Assembly: GCA_964035545.1 (NCBI GenBank)
Contig: OZ037773.1
Location: forward strand, 1,827,751-1,891,750
DNA: 64,000 nt
Direction of reading: 5' to 3'
From: Bugula neritina
Lineage: Eukaryota > Animalia > Bryozoa
In this document: positions 37,301 through 52,300 of the stretch, piece after piece
Numbering within the stretch: position 1 is the stretch's first letter
Layout of the letters: every line of letters begins with the position of its first letter
Program-made: the position numbers and the translations under genes
Notes under the pieces: generated by a model
The model's input: the letters and a program-made list of their open reading frames with translations, nothing else
Database searches by the model: none
Told to the model about the DNA's origin: nothing

Positions 37301-40300
37301 CTCAATTAATTTTTTCCCTACTATGACAAAATAAAAACAAACAAACAAACAAACATACATAAATATATCAACAATGGAATGAATTGTAGTTGCGGTTTCA
37401 TTGACACTGTCCCCATGAAAAGTCCATTTGCATATAAGGGATTGTAGTGTTTTAATCATCCAATTGCTTTTCTGCAGCTGAACTGAGTCAGCAAAGGTCA
37501 ACAGTTCAAGGTCGTCTCAAGGAGTTGACCCAGAAAGAGCTGATGTTTACTCTGCAGGAGTTCGAGGAGGAACAGGAAATCACTAATAAAGCTCTGGAGT
37601 ACGAGTTACAAATTACAGATGCTCAGGTAAAGGATGTTTCGTGATTTAAATCGTGTATATCAACTGGCAAGCAATCCTCTTAGTCTAACTTCATCATGTG
37701 TGTTTAGATGGAAGATAGTTTCTAAAAACTTGTGCATTGTGTTGAGAAAAAAATGATGTGTTGTTTGTACAATGATGTGTTGATAGTATACAGGTGTGTT
37801 GACAGTATAATTATCTGTTGATAGTATAATTATCTGTTGACAATACGACATGCTGACAGTACAATGATGTGCTGACAGTACAATGATGTGTTGACAGTAC
37901 AATGATGTGTTGACAGTACAATGATGTGCTGACAGTACAATGATGTGTTGACAGTACAATGATGTGTTGACAGTACAATGATGTGCTGACAGTACAATGA
38001 TGTGCTGACAGTACAATGATGTGTTGACAGTACAATGATGTGTTGACAGTACAATGACGTGTTCTCTAGGATGAAATCTGTGACGTCAAGTACCACCTCA
38101 ACGAACTCAAGCACTCCATATCCTTCAATAACTTTGATGAAGTCAGCGTGCCGAAAGGTAGGTCTGACCTCCAGTCAGCTGACTCAGAGAGTGAAGGGTT
38201 TGACAGTGACCTTGACCAGTCACATGACCTGTCTGAGTATATAGCCAATGAGCAGCTAGCTAACAACAATGAGTTGCCTGCCTCAGCCAATGATATCTCT
38301 GCTCACACACCAGCACAGTCCAGTGAAGAACTCACTCAAAGTCAGCCAGGTTCTATGCAAAATGTTGACCTTCATGCGCTGGTGAGTTTTGTCTTTATGT
38401 CATTCTCATATCATGATATAACACTGTATGTTATTTCCATATTGTAACTGAAATAAAAGATGCTGCAAGGCATTAATATTTGGTAAATTGACTAATGCCA
38501 TTTTGACTAACATCACATTGACTAACATCATACTGATAAATGATGATGTTCATACAGAGACTGAGTAAAGGTCAAAGGGCACACCACAACTTTTCTCCAG
38601 ATCGATTTAAAGTGTCGAGGAGTGCCGAGTCTGTAACATCCAGGTTATTCCCTCAGTATAAAGTGAAATTTGAGTATAAAGCTTCGCAAAGGGAGAATAC
38701 ACCGTCACCTGTAAGAGAAGCTCATCAGAGAAGGCAAGTAGATTTCTAAAATAAGCTTTTTTGGAAGTTGACCTATATTTGGCACTTTCCTGTTTTGGAG
38801 TTTTCCCATTATCTGGTTTGAGCTAGTAACATGTCACATGTTAGTGACATTGCTGATCATGATTCAATATTTTTACTATTCCCATTAAATTCAAAGATGA
38901 AAAATTTCAAACAGCATTCCGTGTTTTAGGAATACTCTTCCTTGAACAGTGGTCATAGAAGTTTTTGAGTAGATTTGAATTTGACTTGTTTACATTGTAG
39001 AAACTCCGAGCCACGACGTAGAGTTGGGTTTGGAGAGTTGAATCGTAACGCACGCTCTCTTAGCTACTCTCGTATCAAAACCCCGCCTCCAAACTCGTTT
39101 TCTGCTAAATCTCCACGTCAGTCAACTGATGGGAGGAGACGGAAAGTGCGCAGAGCTCAGCCTGTCGACCAATCAGATGAAGGCAGCAGGTCACAGTCTC
39201 AACCTAACTTCTCCACCAGACCGAGGAAGACCTGGGAGAAACCCGACACACATACCAGATCTCGGAGTGTACCTGAAGATCTCACTCGTCTTGCCCGACC
39301 TCGTAACCCACTTCCTCCGGTCAAGGTCAAGTAGTATTTGTTATGGTCACGTCACAGTGAATACTAAGTCAAGTGTTCAGATACTGATTGTAATATTTTA
39401 TCAGTAACAGCTATTGTGTTGTATAAGTGTTATATCAAATTACATATATACAGTATGAGCTTATTATATACCCACTAGAGTAACTTACAGCTATTTCATA
39501 ATATACACATATATCTAGCGACTTCAACTCTTATCATATCACGCCGAGTAACTTCATGTATATTATGTCGTACCTAGTAACTTTAATTTACAATGTCACA
39601 ATCGTCTCGGTTACAGAGAACTCTAGTAATGAGTGATAAGTATCGAGTGCCATTACCAAGTGAACTCAAGCGCTCTTCGGCTCGGAAGGTGAAAAAGGCC
39701 ACCAGTTTGTCCCGCATCCCGGAGACTCACTCTGAAGACGAGAAGAGTAAAAGTTACATGAACATAGGCAGTCTGTGAGTGACAAGTTATGTTGTTCGAG
39801 TTTAAAGTTGCGTTTATACCTTTGCGATTTTCAGCCAGAAATTCAATTTGGCCGAGTTGAAATTTCTCCCAGTTGCCTTGCATTGTAAAAGCCACTCGTA
39901 AAAATTTTTGTACTGTGATAACTTAATTAGCCAAATTGACCAATGATGTTGCTTGCATGATTACCTGCGAGTTGCACATTTACATTTGTACTAGTTTTCC
40001 TGTAGTTTCAGCGGTTTTCATTTTGACTATAAAGTGGTATAAAGGCATATTAACTGAAACTCAGAACTTTTTCCAGTCGAGGTATAAGCGCAACATTAGG
40101 GTCTGTGATTAGTTCATACTTTTCAAACTGACCAACTGATGTACAGTATACAAATGTCTTGTTGTTTTAACCTCTCATTTCTAGTGAATAGATTACACAC
40201 TCTGCTCATGTGATGAAAATATTCAGGGAATTTTTTGATGTCAAAATATGCATAGAAGAGTGAGGGGTTGAGGGGTGGTGACAGTTGGGGGTTGAACCTA

Positions 40301-43300
40301 AGTACTGAGTTATTCAAATTGTTACATTATATTTAATATGATTTACCAAAGAAGATTCTAGACTTGCTGCAGGTTTCTCATTATTTTAGTTGGATACAAC
40401 ACATTTTCAGTTAATTAATGCCCTCTGCTACCAGCTGAGACAGTAATTTGCCAACACCAAACACAGTCTAAACTACCTGTAGTATCATTTGGTGATTTGC
40501 AGCTAACAGAAATCATGCTTCTTATGTTGCAGCCCCGCCTTTGCAACTTGTAACATCTCCGATAACCCGGCCTACACCGAGTCCCTCACTCACAGTCTTG
40601 ATTTCTCTGACTCACTGCCTTTTAAACAACTTCAACCTAAACTCGCAATCCTTCCTTCAACAGACGAGATCAATGCGGAAGAGGCACCAGGAAATGCACT
40701 TGCCGAGAGTAGTCCTCGACCGTCTAGTAGTAAACCTTCTGCCAGAGGTAGCATCAAGTCTAAACGTACGTGTTGAATATATAGTCAGTATACTGTGTGG
40801 TGAATATATAGTCAGTATACTGTGTGTTGAATATATAGTCAGTATACTGTGTGTTGAATATATAGTCAGTATACTGTGTGTTGAATATATAGTCAGTATA
40901 CTGTGTGTTGAATATATAATCAGTATACTGTGTGGTGAATATATAGTCAGTATACTGTGTGGTGAATATATAGTCAGTATACTGTGTGTTGAATATATAG
41001 TTAGTATACTGTGTGGTGAATATATAGTCAGTATACTGTGTGTTGAATATATAGTCAGTATACTGTGTGGTGAATATATAGTCAGTATACTGTGTGTTGA
41101 ATATATAGTTAGTATACTGTGTGGTGAATATATAGTCAGTATACTGTGTGTTGAATATATAGTTAGTATACTGTGTGGTGAATATATAGTCAGTATACTG
41201 TGTGTTGAATATATAATCAGTATACTGTGTGGTGAATATATAGTCAGTATACTGTGTGGTGAATATATAGTCAGTATACTGTGTGTTGAATATATAGTTA
41301 GTATACTGTGTGGTGAATATATAGTCAGTATACTGTGTGTTGAATATATAGTCAGTATACTGTGTGGTGAATATATAGTCAGTATACTGTGTGTTGAATA
41401 TATAGTTAGTATACTGTGTGGTGAATATATAGTCAGTATACTGTGTGTTGAATATATAGTTAGTATACTGTGTGTTGAATATATAGTCAGTATACTGTGT
41501 GTTGAATATATAGTCAGTATACTGTGTGGTGAATATATAGTCAGTATACTGTGTGGTGAATATATAGTCAGTATACTGTGTGGTGAATATATAGTCAGTA
41601 TACTGTGTGTTGAATATATAGTTAGTATACTGTGTGGTGAATATATAGTTAGTATACTGTGTGGTGAATATATAGTCAGTATACTGTGTGTTGAATATAT
41701 AGTTAGTATACTGTGTGGTGAATATATAGTCAGTATACTGTGTGTTGAATATATAGTCAGTATACTGTGTGGTGAATATATAGTCAGTATACTGTGTGTT
41801 GAATATATAGTTAGTATACTGTGTGGTGAATATATAGTCAGTATACTGTGTGTTGAATATATAGTTAGTATACTGTGTGGTGAATATATAGTCAGTATAC
41901 TGTGTGTTGAATATATAATCAGTATACTGTGTGGTGAATATATAGTCAGTATACTGTGTGGTGAATATATAGTCAGTATACTGTGTGTTGAATATATAGT
42001 TAGTATACTGTGTGGTGAATATATAGTCAGTATACTGTGTGTTGAATATATAGTCAGTATACTGTGTGGTGAATATATAGTCAGTATACTGTGTGTTGAA
42101 TATATAGTTAGTATACTGTGTGGTGAATATATAGTCAGTATACTGTGTGTTGAATATATAGTTAGTATACTGTGTGTTGAATATATAGTCAGTATACTGT
42201 GTGTTGAATATATAGTCAGTATACTGTGTGGTGAATATATAGTCAGTATACTGTGTGGTGAATATATAGTCAGTATACTGTGTGGTGAATATATAGTCAG
42301 TATACTGTGTGTTGAATATATAGTTAGTATACTGTGTGGTGAATATATAGTTAGTATACTGTGTGGTGAATATATAGTCAGTATACTGTGTGGTGAATAT
42401 ATAGTCAGTATACTGTGTGTTGAATATATAGTTAGTATACTGTGTGGTGAATATATAGTCAGTATACTGTGTGTTGAATATATAGTTAGTATACTGTGTG
42501 GTGAATATATAGTCAGTATACTGTGTGTTGAATATATAGTTAGTATACTGTGTGTTGAATATATAGTCAGTATACTGTGTGTTGAATATATAGTCAGTAT
42601 ACTGTGTGTTGAATATAGAGTCAGTACAGTGTATGTTGAGCTACTGGTTGTTTTATTATATACAGCTTGTCGTCTGCTAAATGCTTGTCTGCTCTGTCGG
42701 CCACATTGTTTGCAATAATCTACCTATAAATCTGTATTACAGGGGCCCCTTCTACGACGTCTCGCTCCATAATACTAGGAATCAAGGCTAAGTACGGCAA
42801 CAAACGATCTCGTAGAGCTGATATACCCATAGAGATCTTCCTTCCTCCATCTCCACTTTCGTCTAGAGATATTTGCAGTGGTGGTAGTGGAGGAGGGGGA
42901 GGGGGCGGTGTCAGTCCCACCCTTACATCTGGTGAGTGGAATAGTGCATGTTCACAGTCTCTTTAGGTTTGAATAACCTAATGTGCTGAAGTAATTTTAT
43001 TATACTAACAAATTCTAATAGCCTATTGGATAGTGTTAACTATAACTGTCTCTGATTGGCTGATATGTTGTGTGGCTAACATATCCTCGCTGTGATTGGC
43101 TAACACAATATAACCTATACTGTAACTAGCTGATGAAGACATTCTGTTTTTGTCGGATTTTGTACATCTTGCTTATATAAATGAATGCTGTGCGCCTTTG
43201 CAGGACGTTCTAGGAGTTACGGTGAGCAACTGGGGGTACTATGCCCACCAGGAAACTGTATTCTATATCTTGTTGTCTACCCTGTCTGTCATCTCCCCTT

Positions 43301-46300
43301 GGTATAGCAGGTCCACACATGCTTGTTGCGGGCTTTAAATGTTTGTAACGGCGACTATGCTCAACTCCAAATTGAGTGTTCTCTGTGCAGTCTCAGCAGA
43401 AATTCAATCACGCTCATCACCAAACTGTTAGTCTATACTAGCCATTAGAAATGCTATATTCTGCCAAATTAGCTGCTTAATCAAAATTTAATACTTTATA
43501 ACATAACATAGTGTACTTGAGTACATCAACAAGTAAATGTGAGACTTGAGCACATCAACAAGTATGTGTGGGTCTAAATTGACCCAAACTGTCTGGTAGT
43601 GACTGTAGCTTTCCATTTTATTCGCTCTGTTTGTTTCTCGTTTCTCGATGTTATGTCTTGTATTGGTCAAATTTTCCACGGGGATTAATAGTGTCATCAC
43701 GTAGTGTGAGCACGTAGTGTGAGCACGTATGAGGTGTAGACCTAGTCATCAGACTCTAGATATATACCTGGTGCTCATGCTATGAGGTTTGGGCTATAGG
43801 GCTAAGGCTATGAGGTTTGGGCTATGGGGCTAAGGCTATGAGGTTTGGGCTATGGGGCTAAGGCTATGAGGCTTGGAGTTCAAGTTTTGGAGTGTAGACT
43901 TAGTGCTCAGGTTGTAGGGTGTTAGCTTTAGGGCGGTGTCAAAATCTCTCCAACCGTAATGTTTATGCCCCAATTGCTCTGATTGCTTTTAAACAAAATG
44001 AATGTTCTTTTTTAGCTGACAAAGAGATTTTCATACCCTTTGATAAGAACACGATGTTGTTCGCCAAGTCCCTGAGGGATCAGCAACGGTAACGTACTTT
44101 ACTAAATATAAGTCAGTGTATATATACTAGTGTATATATGTTAGTGTATATATGCTAGTGTATACATTTCACTGTAGACATGTTATTGTAGATATGTCAG
44201 TGTAGATATGTCAGTGTATATATGTTAGTGTAGATATGTCAGCGTAGATATGTGAGTGTATATATGTTTATGTAGATATGCTAGTGTATATATGTCAGTA
44301 TATATATGTCAGTGTATATTTGCGAGTGTATATATTCGAGTGTAAATATGTGTATATATATATATGTGTGTGTGTGTGTGTATATATGTATATATGTTAG
44401 TGTATATATATGTTGGTGTATATGTGTATGTATATATGTGAGTGTAGATATGCCAGTGCGCCAACTTTTATATTCTATAATATGAACATGTATGCAGACT
44501 TTCTATTTTGTAATATTTCAGTAAATCCAGCCAATCAGATTCAGTCGGCAGTTCCTCTCGAAAAGGTTCCACAACCAGCAGTACCTCTAAAAGAGGGGAC
44601 GGTTCACGCCGTGCAAGTAAATCTCCTTTAAGTCAGCATGCCACCTTAGAAGGTTTGTCAGTCTTCCTTTACAGTAAAACTGCTGTATGATATGGGGGTG
44701 TAAAGGTGTTGGAGAAGAAGTGTGGGGTGTTGGAGAGAATGGTAGTAGGGGTGTTGGGGGTAGAGGTGTTGGGGATAGAGTTGTTGGAGAGAGTGGTAGA
44801 GGGAGTGTTGGGAGTAGAGGTGTTGGAGAGAGTGGTAGTGGAGGTGTTGGGGGTAGAGGTGTTGGGGGGTAGAGTTGTTGGAGAGAGTGGTAGTGGAGGT
44901 GTTGGGGGTAGAGGTGTTGGGGGTAGAGGTGTTAGGGGTGTTGGAAAAGGTGGGGGTGTTGGCAGGGGTTGAGGTGTCTGTTTAGATTACCTCTGGGACT
45001 GCTGAGTAAAATAGAACACTCTATTAGTAACTGTAAGTCAATCAACTAGAATGTTATTTCATTGTTCCATTGTTATCTAACTTGTAGATACTTACAGTGT
45101 AAGTCAGTTCCACAGAGCACAGAGTGAAACAGACCTCCGCAATGCTAAGGTACATGTCATATATCTATAATATTATATAATGTGGTTCATTTCTCTATAT
45201 TATATAATGTATTTAATATTTTATATTATATAATAACTTCATTTCTATATATTATTATATTACATAATTCACATTTATATATTATATACTGTAACTGATA
45301 TATATATATAATATAATGTAATGTAATTTATGTCTCTATGTTATTTATTGTAGTTCATATTTTTATATTATATTATAATTATATATGCTATACTGAAATG
45401 TAGGAAAACTCCGACTGCACAGAAATGAACCAGCTGGAACAGCAATACCAACACATTTTGGATACGCACAGCGTTACAGATATCAGCTCTGCAGCGAATA
45501 GACTGCCAGGTCAGCTACAGTTTGAGTCACTTTAGTAACATGAATGCTGATTATGTTCAATTATTTTCTAATTTCATGGCTGTTTTAAAAAGTTCAAACT
45601 ATTCAATTTCTGCGCATTAAAAATCACTTTTTACACCCTTTCACAGCAAGTGGTTTTGTATACTCGTAATGTTTATCTCACAGTAATGTTTTCGTAAAAT
45701 AGTCTGTGTTCTAAAATTTATCAATTTTTAGTTTGATTAAACATCATTCTAGTCACTATTCTCCGTTATATTTTCATATGTGATCTCCTGTAGCGGACAG
45801 TATGGATGTCACCACCACTACACAAATGCTTCCCTCAGAAAGTGTCTTGGAGCTACACAGCTCTAACTCATTCGCTAGCATACAGGAAGTAGATGTTACT
45901 ATGGCAACTCAGGTAATTATTTTTAAAGCTAGCTAATATAGCTGTTTCTCATCTCACTGTAGTAAGTAAGTAATATGTTGGTATATAAACAATTCCCTTT
46001 ATATTACTCACATGTCACTCTATTACTCACGTGTCACTCTACTACTCACATGTCACTCTATGACTCTACTACTCATATGTCACTCTACTACTCACATGTC
46101 ACTCTATGACTCTATTACTCACATGTCACTCTACTACTCACATGTCACTCTATTACTCACATGTCACTCTACTACTCACATGTCACTCTATGACTCTACT
46201 ACTCACCTGTCACTCTACTACTCACATGTCACTCTACTACTCACATGTTACTCTACTACTCACATGTCACTCTACTACTCACATGTCACTCTACTACTCA

Positions 46301-49300
46301 CATGTCACTCTAATACTCACATGTCACTCTACTACTCACATGTCACTCTACTACTCACATGTCACTCTATGACTCACATGTCACTCTATGACTCACATGT
46401 CACTCTACTACTCACATGTTACTCTACTACTCACATGTCACTCTACTACTCACATGTCACTCTACTACTCACATGTCACTCTACTACTCACATGTCACTC
46501 TACTACTCACATGTCACTATACTACTCACACGTCACTAATACTCACATGTCACTCTACTATTCACATGTCACTCTACTACTCACGTGTCACTCTAATACT
46601 CACCTGTCACTCTGTTACTCACATGTCACTCTACTACTCACATGTCACTCTACTACTCACATGTCACTCTATGACTCACATGTCACTCTATGACTCACAT
46701 GTCACTCTACTACTCACATGTCACTCTACTACTCACATGTCACTCTATGACTCACATGTCACTCTATGACTCACATGTCACTCTACTACTCACATGTCAC
46801 TCTACTACTCACGTGTCACTCTAATACTCACCTGTCACTCTGTTACTCACATGTCACTCTACTACTCACATGTTACTATACTACTCACTTGTCACTATAC
46901 TACTCACATGTTACTCTATTACTCACATGTCACTCTACTACTCACTTGTCACTCTACTACTCACGTGTCACTCTACTACTCACTTGTCACTCTACTACTC
47001 ACATGTCACTCTACTACTCACATGTTACTCTAAGACTCACATGTCACTCTACTACTCACATGTCACTCTATTACTCACATGTCACTCTACTACTCACATG
47101 TCACTCTAATACTCACATGTCACTCTATTACTCACATGTCACTCTACTACTCACATCTTACTCTACATGACACCCGATCAGTGCTTTCAATATAGACTTA
47201 GAACTTCGAATCTATAGTTTCACTACTGTTAGCAGGCAGAAGAAGTGCCCCCAGTTGTGCAGTTCTATGAAGATGGTGAACCTGTGACCCCAGAAAGTTT
47301 AGCAAAGCGTCAACAACTGACCAAGAAAGCTCTGAAAGCGACGCAAGTAAAATACCGAGAACTGGAAGATGCTGTTATCAGGTAGGCAGCATTGTGAACA
47401 TGTTAATTCCTTCCTCTGAACAGACACTCTGTCTCACCTTGTCTATATCCTGTGAATTCTCACTGAGGTTGAGAAGTTTTATCATGTTGTTAGTGTTAGT
47501 TATCCTTTTCCCTGCCAGTTGTCTCCACTATGTCGGTTGTCATGACAACCATTGCCGGCTTGTCTGTTGCTATGAACTTTACAATTCATTGTTATTACTG
47601 TATGTTAGTTTATCTTAACGCAAGCTACTTTTTTGAAAGTAATATTTTTGCACCCCGTGGTTCTTGCCAGAGTTGAGGCTCCAATTATGATATTATTGAA
47701 ATCATGTGCTTGGAGATAGTACTTCCTTTAGTGCACATAATGATAGCTATAATGCAGCATTGTATCAACAGGTTTCCATATAGTATAAAAGTAATAGTTT
47801 TATATAATGCAGTATATAACAATAGTTTCTTTATAGAAGCTTAAAGTGTAATCAATCCAGAAAGGGAAAATCTTCGACTAAAATATAATTTGCACCTCAT
47901 TGGCTGATCATAGAAAAGTGGTAGCTCTCTTTATAAGTGAATTCTATTATTTTCAATTTCAAGTTCAAACTTGATACAAGATGTGACAAGTGCTTTATGC
48001 ATACTGATATCACATGTATGTGACATTAGCCATTACTTGATCTTTACTGCTTTGACATTAATCATCAGGTGTTCCCCTCTGATGTGACATTTGTCACTAG
48101 GTGCTCTCGTCTGATGTGACATTAGTCACTAAGTGCTCTCTTCTGATGTGACATTTGTCACTAGGTGCTTTCCTCTGATGTGACATTAATCACCAGGTGC
48201 TCTTCTATTGTGACATTTGTCACTAAGTGCTCTCTTCTGATGTGACATTTGTCACTAGGTGTTTTCCTCTGATGTGACATTTGTCACTAGGTGCTCTCTT
48301 CTCATGTGAAACGTGTTACAAAGTGCTACACATGAATGCAGGAGAGCTTATTATTGTAAACATGTGTAAAAATATTGAATATTTTGATCATCAATTATCT
48401 TCATGCTAATAACCAATCAATACGAGACAATAGAGTGGAATATTGATTGTACAAATTGTGTGCTGTAAGTATGGCACCCTGCAGACATTCGCCCTGCATT
48501 GAGTTCGCTGCCGTCAGCTATGTTACCCTCATGAGACTAGAAATGTGATCATCTAGTGTCAGAAATGGGCCATAGCTGGAAGTACTACTTTAATTTATTG
48601 TCTTGTAAGCCTCTCCCATCTTCTCACAGGAAAAAGAGAAGTCGGAGGAAGAAACGGTGAGTTTCGTTGTTTTGGATGTCAGCTTTGTTAATCCTATCAG
48701 AGCAGCCAGCTGTTGTAGCCAGCTTCTAATAATAGCAGTAGAGGCAGCACGTGTGTTGTACTTATGTGCTGTATAATATACTAGTATATACAGAGTATGT
48801 GTTATATACTGTATAATATACTAGTATATACAGAGTGTGTGTTATATACTGTATAATAGAGTAGTATATACAGAGTATGTGTTATATACTGTATAATATG
48901 CTAGTATATACAGAGTATGTGTTATATACTGTATAATATACTAGTACATACAGAGTGTGTGTTATATACTGTATAATATACTAGTATATACAGAGTATGT
49001 GTTATATACTGTATAATATACTAGTATATACAGAGTATGTGTTATATACTGTATAATATACTAGTATATACAGAGTATATGTTATATACTGTATAATATA
49101 CTAGTATATACAGAGTATGTGTTATATACTGTATAATATACTAGTATATAAGCGTACACAGTAAATATATTGTTGCACTGTACTTTTTGTGTGTTGTCAG
49201 TGCATGGCTCAGTAACACTTAGTATCATGGGGAACTGCCACATGGTAGCCTATAACTCTTTTTGGAGTTATCTTATTATTTAATGATATTTAGCTATGTG

Positions 49301-52300
49301 GTTATCAATCAAGTATCAAATTCAACACTAGAGGGCATACAATCTGTCATTTACTGTATTTAGAATTAGACTTAATTTATAGTGAAGTACTAATCTATTT
49401 GATGTGTTAAATTTATATTTCTGTTATTTTTCATCTGATTGCTTAATGTATTCGATTACATTAGCTGTCTACAATTCTATTAATTTAGTATTGTGTTGTT
49501 TGACTGGAATCTCAAGTCTGTAATTTAGTTTGAATTGTTGGTATGATTTTCTAGAAGAAAAAAACACATTGAAAATCTGAAAAGGGGAGGGGGTTAAGAG
49601 CATCACACTTTAACTTACACCGCTTTTGATTTCTAGAGCTGCATTTAGACTTTTCTTGAACATAATATTGCCTGAGTTGTTTGATAAACTCATCCTTCAC
49701 TTTTGCAGTTTGTGCATTTTACAATTTTCTTCAAGCTTTATTTAATGTGTGTGCAGTTTAGAGGTAATTGTGGTGTTTCAGCTGCGTTGGAATGCACTGC
49801 TTCATACTAACATTAAATGTAGAGTTTGTATAAGAAACATACTTGTATACTATAATATACTGTATACTATATACTGCATACTATAATACACTGTATACTA
49901 TATTATACTGTATACTATAATATACTGTATACTATATACTGCATACTATAATATACTATATACTATATTATACTGTATACTATATTATACTGCATACTAT
50001 AATATACTATATACTATATACTATAATATACTGTATACTATATACTGCATACTATAATATACTATATACTATATTATACTGTATACTATATTATACTGCA
50101 TACTATAATATACTATATACTATATACTATAATATACTGTATACTATATACTGCATACTATAATATACTATAATATACTGTATACTATATACTGTATACT
50201 ATAATATACTGTATACTATAATATACTGTATACTATATACTGCATACTATAATATACTGTATACTATAATATACTGTATACTATATACTGCATACTATAA
50301 TATACTATATACTATATTATACTGTATACTATATTATACTGCATACTATAATATACTATATACTATATACTATAATATACTGTATACTATATACTGCATA
50401 CTATAATATACTATATTATACTGTATACTATATTATACTGCATACTATAATATACTATATACTATATACTATAATATACTGTATACTATATACTGCATAC
50501 TATAATATACTATATACTATATACTATAATATACTGTATACTATATACTGCATACTATAATATACTGTATACTATAATATACTGTATACTATATACTGCA
50601 TACTATAATACACTGTATACTATATTATACTGTATACTATAATACTGTATACTATATACTGTATACTATATTATACTGTATACTATATTATACTGTATAC
50701 TATATTATACTGTATACTATAATACTATATACTGTATACTGTATACTATATACTGTATACTATATACTGTATACTGTATACTATATTATACTGTATACTA
50801 TATTATACTGTATACTATAATACTGTATACTATATACTGTATACTGTATACTATATACTGTATACTATATTATACTGTATACTATATTATACTGTATACT
50901 ATAATACTATATACTGTATACTATATACTGTATACTATATACTGTATACTATATTATACTGTATACTATAATACTATATACTGTATACTATATACTGTAT
51001 ACTATATACTGTATTCTATATAACTAGTTGGTTAACACATTGAGCATTACATTTAAGTATTAATTACAAGCTGGGTGTAGTTGCTGTGATTACATTTAAA
51101 TGCTGTTTTCCACTTCAAGTCTACAGTTCATTGCCTTGTCTCGTAGTTAATTAGTTTTTCTAAAATTGAATGTGCTAAGAAAATGAGTGGAGCTGGTGAT
51201 TTATTCTTCACATATATTTTATTATTAGAAATGTTGGACGAAGCTGATGAAACATGTAGCTGCCAATGTTGTCCTCTAGGCAGCATTGTTTTAGTTTGTA
51301 TTATTTACATTAGTTTCAAGTTGCTATAAATCAATGTTACACACACATCAATCTGGCCACTAGAACTAGTGTGTTGCAGGTTTAAAAGTTTCATGCATTA
51401 CTGCTCTGACACACATAAATATGTGCACAACACTTCGCATCTAATAACTATTTAGTCTTAATATTGTAAAGCATAATATGTTATATAGAGTATACTATTA
51501 CTTATTTTGTAATATTATCCCTATATAATATAAGGCATTATGTTTTATAGTGTTATATTTGTATGGTATTCTTTATATGGTATATTGTCTATATACTCTA
51601 TAATATTATATATTGTATAATATATGATGTGGCATAACATTATGATTTAATGGTGCAGCCAACTTGAATTGAGTTAGATATGGGAATTTTCTGCTCGATT
51701 CAGGATCATCATTCACATGGTTAGAAGATGAATGCCTGTATGGGAGTGCATGCTGTGCAAGCATTGTAATCTCAACTCTACTAAATTTATATTATTGCGT
51801 GTATTGTTTGAGTTTATTTGTTTAAACATGTTGATGAATGCAAACATTGCTTGGAAGTGTATGGGAACATTATTGTAATATTATTACAGATGGATATGAT
51901 GTATAAAATAAGCAATTACATGAGCTTAGTGTTTTATCTTATACATTGATATACGACTTCTCCTGATTGGTCAATCTACTGCTGCCAGCTACGTACTAGT
52001 GCAGTCTATGTTGAATCAGAACAGTTAAATGTCAGTTGACAATTCACTGCAGTACAGAAGCTGTTAGTCTCGCTTTTTGGATTTATACTGGTTGCTCATA
52101 TATCTGCTGATACCTTTACTGGCTGCTGATACCTTAATGGTTGCTGATACTTTTACTGGCTGCTGATACATAAATCTGCTGTCTGCTGATACTTTTACTG
52201 ACTGTAAATATTTTGCTAGTGCAGGTTATGCTATCTTCCACACATTTTTATGGACTCTCACGCTCTGTATAATGGATTATAAAAGTCAAGTCAACAAACT

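Noticed and set aside
40541-42718. 725-aa ORF ([10 protein letters not shown])n
   Set aside because: It is a translation of the intronic 27-bp minisatellite. The real exon 40533-40765 uses another frame and has a donor at 40766.
46012-47170. Multiple H/S/T/Y-rich ORFs
   Set aside because: Translations of the 19-bp minisatellite.
26581-49150. Regular arrays (30, 27, 32 and 40 bp) resembling CRISPR repeats
   Set aside because: Head-to-tail units with no unique spacers and no cas genes, in eukaryotic introns.
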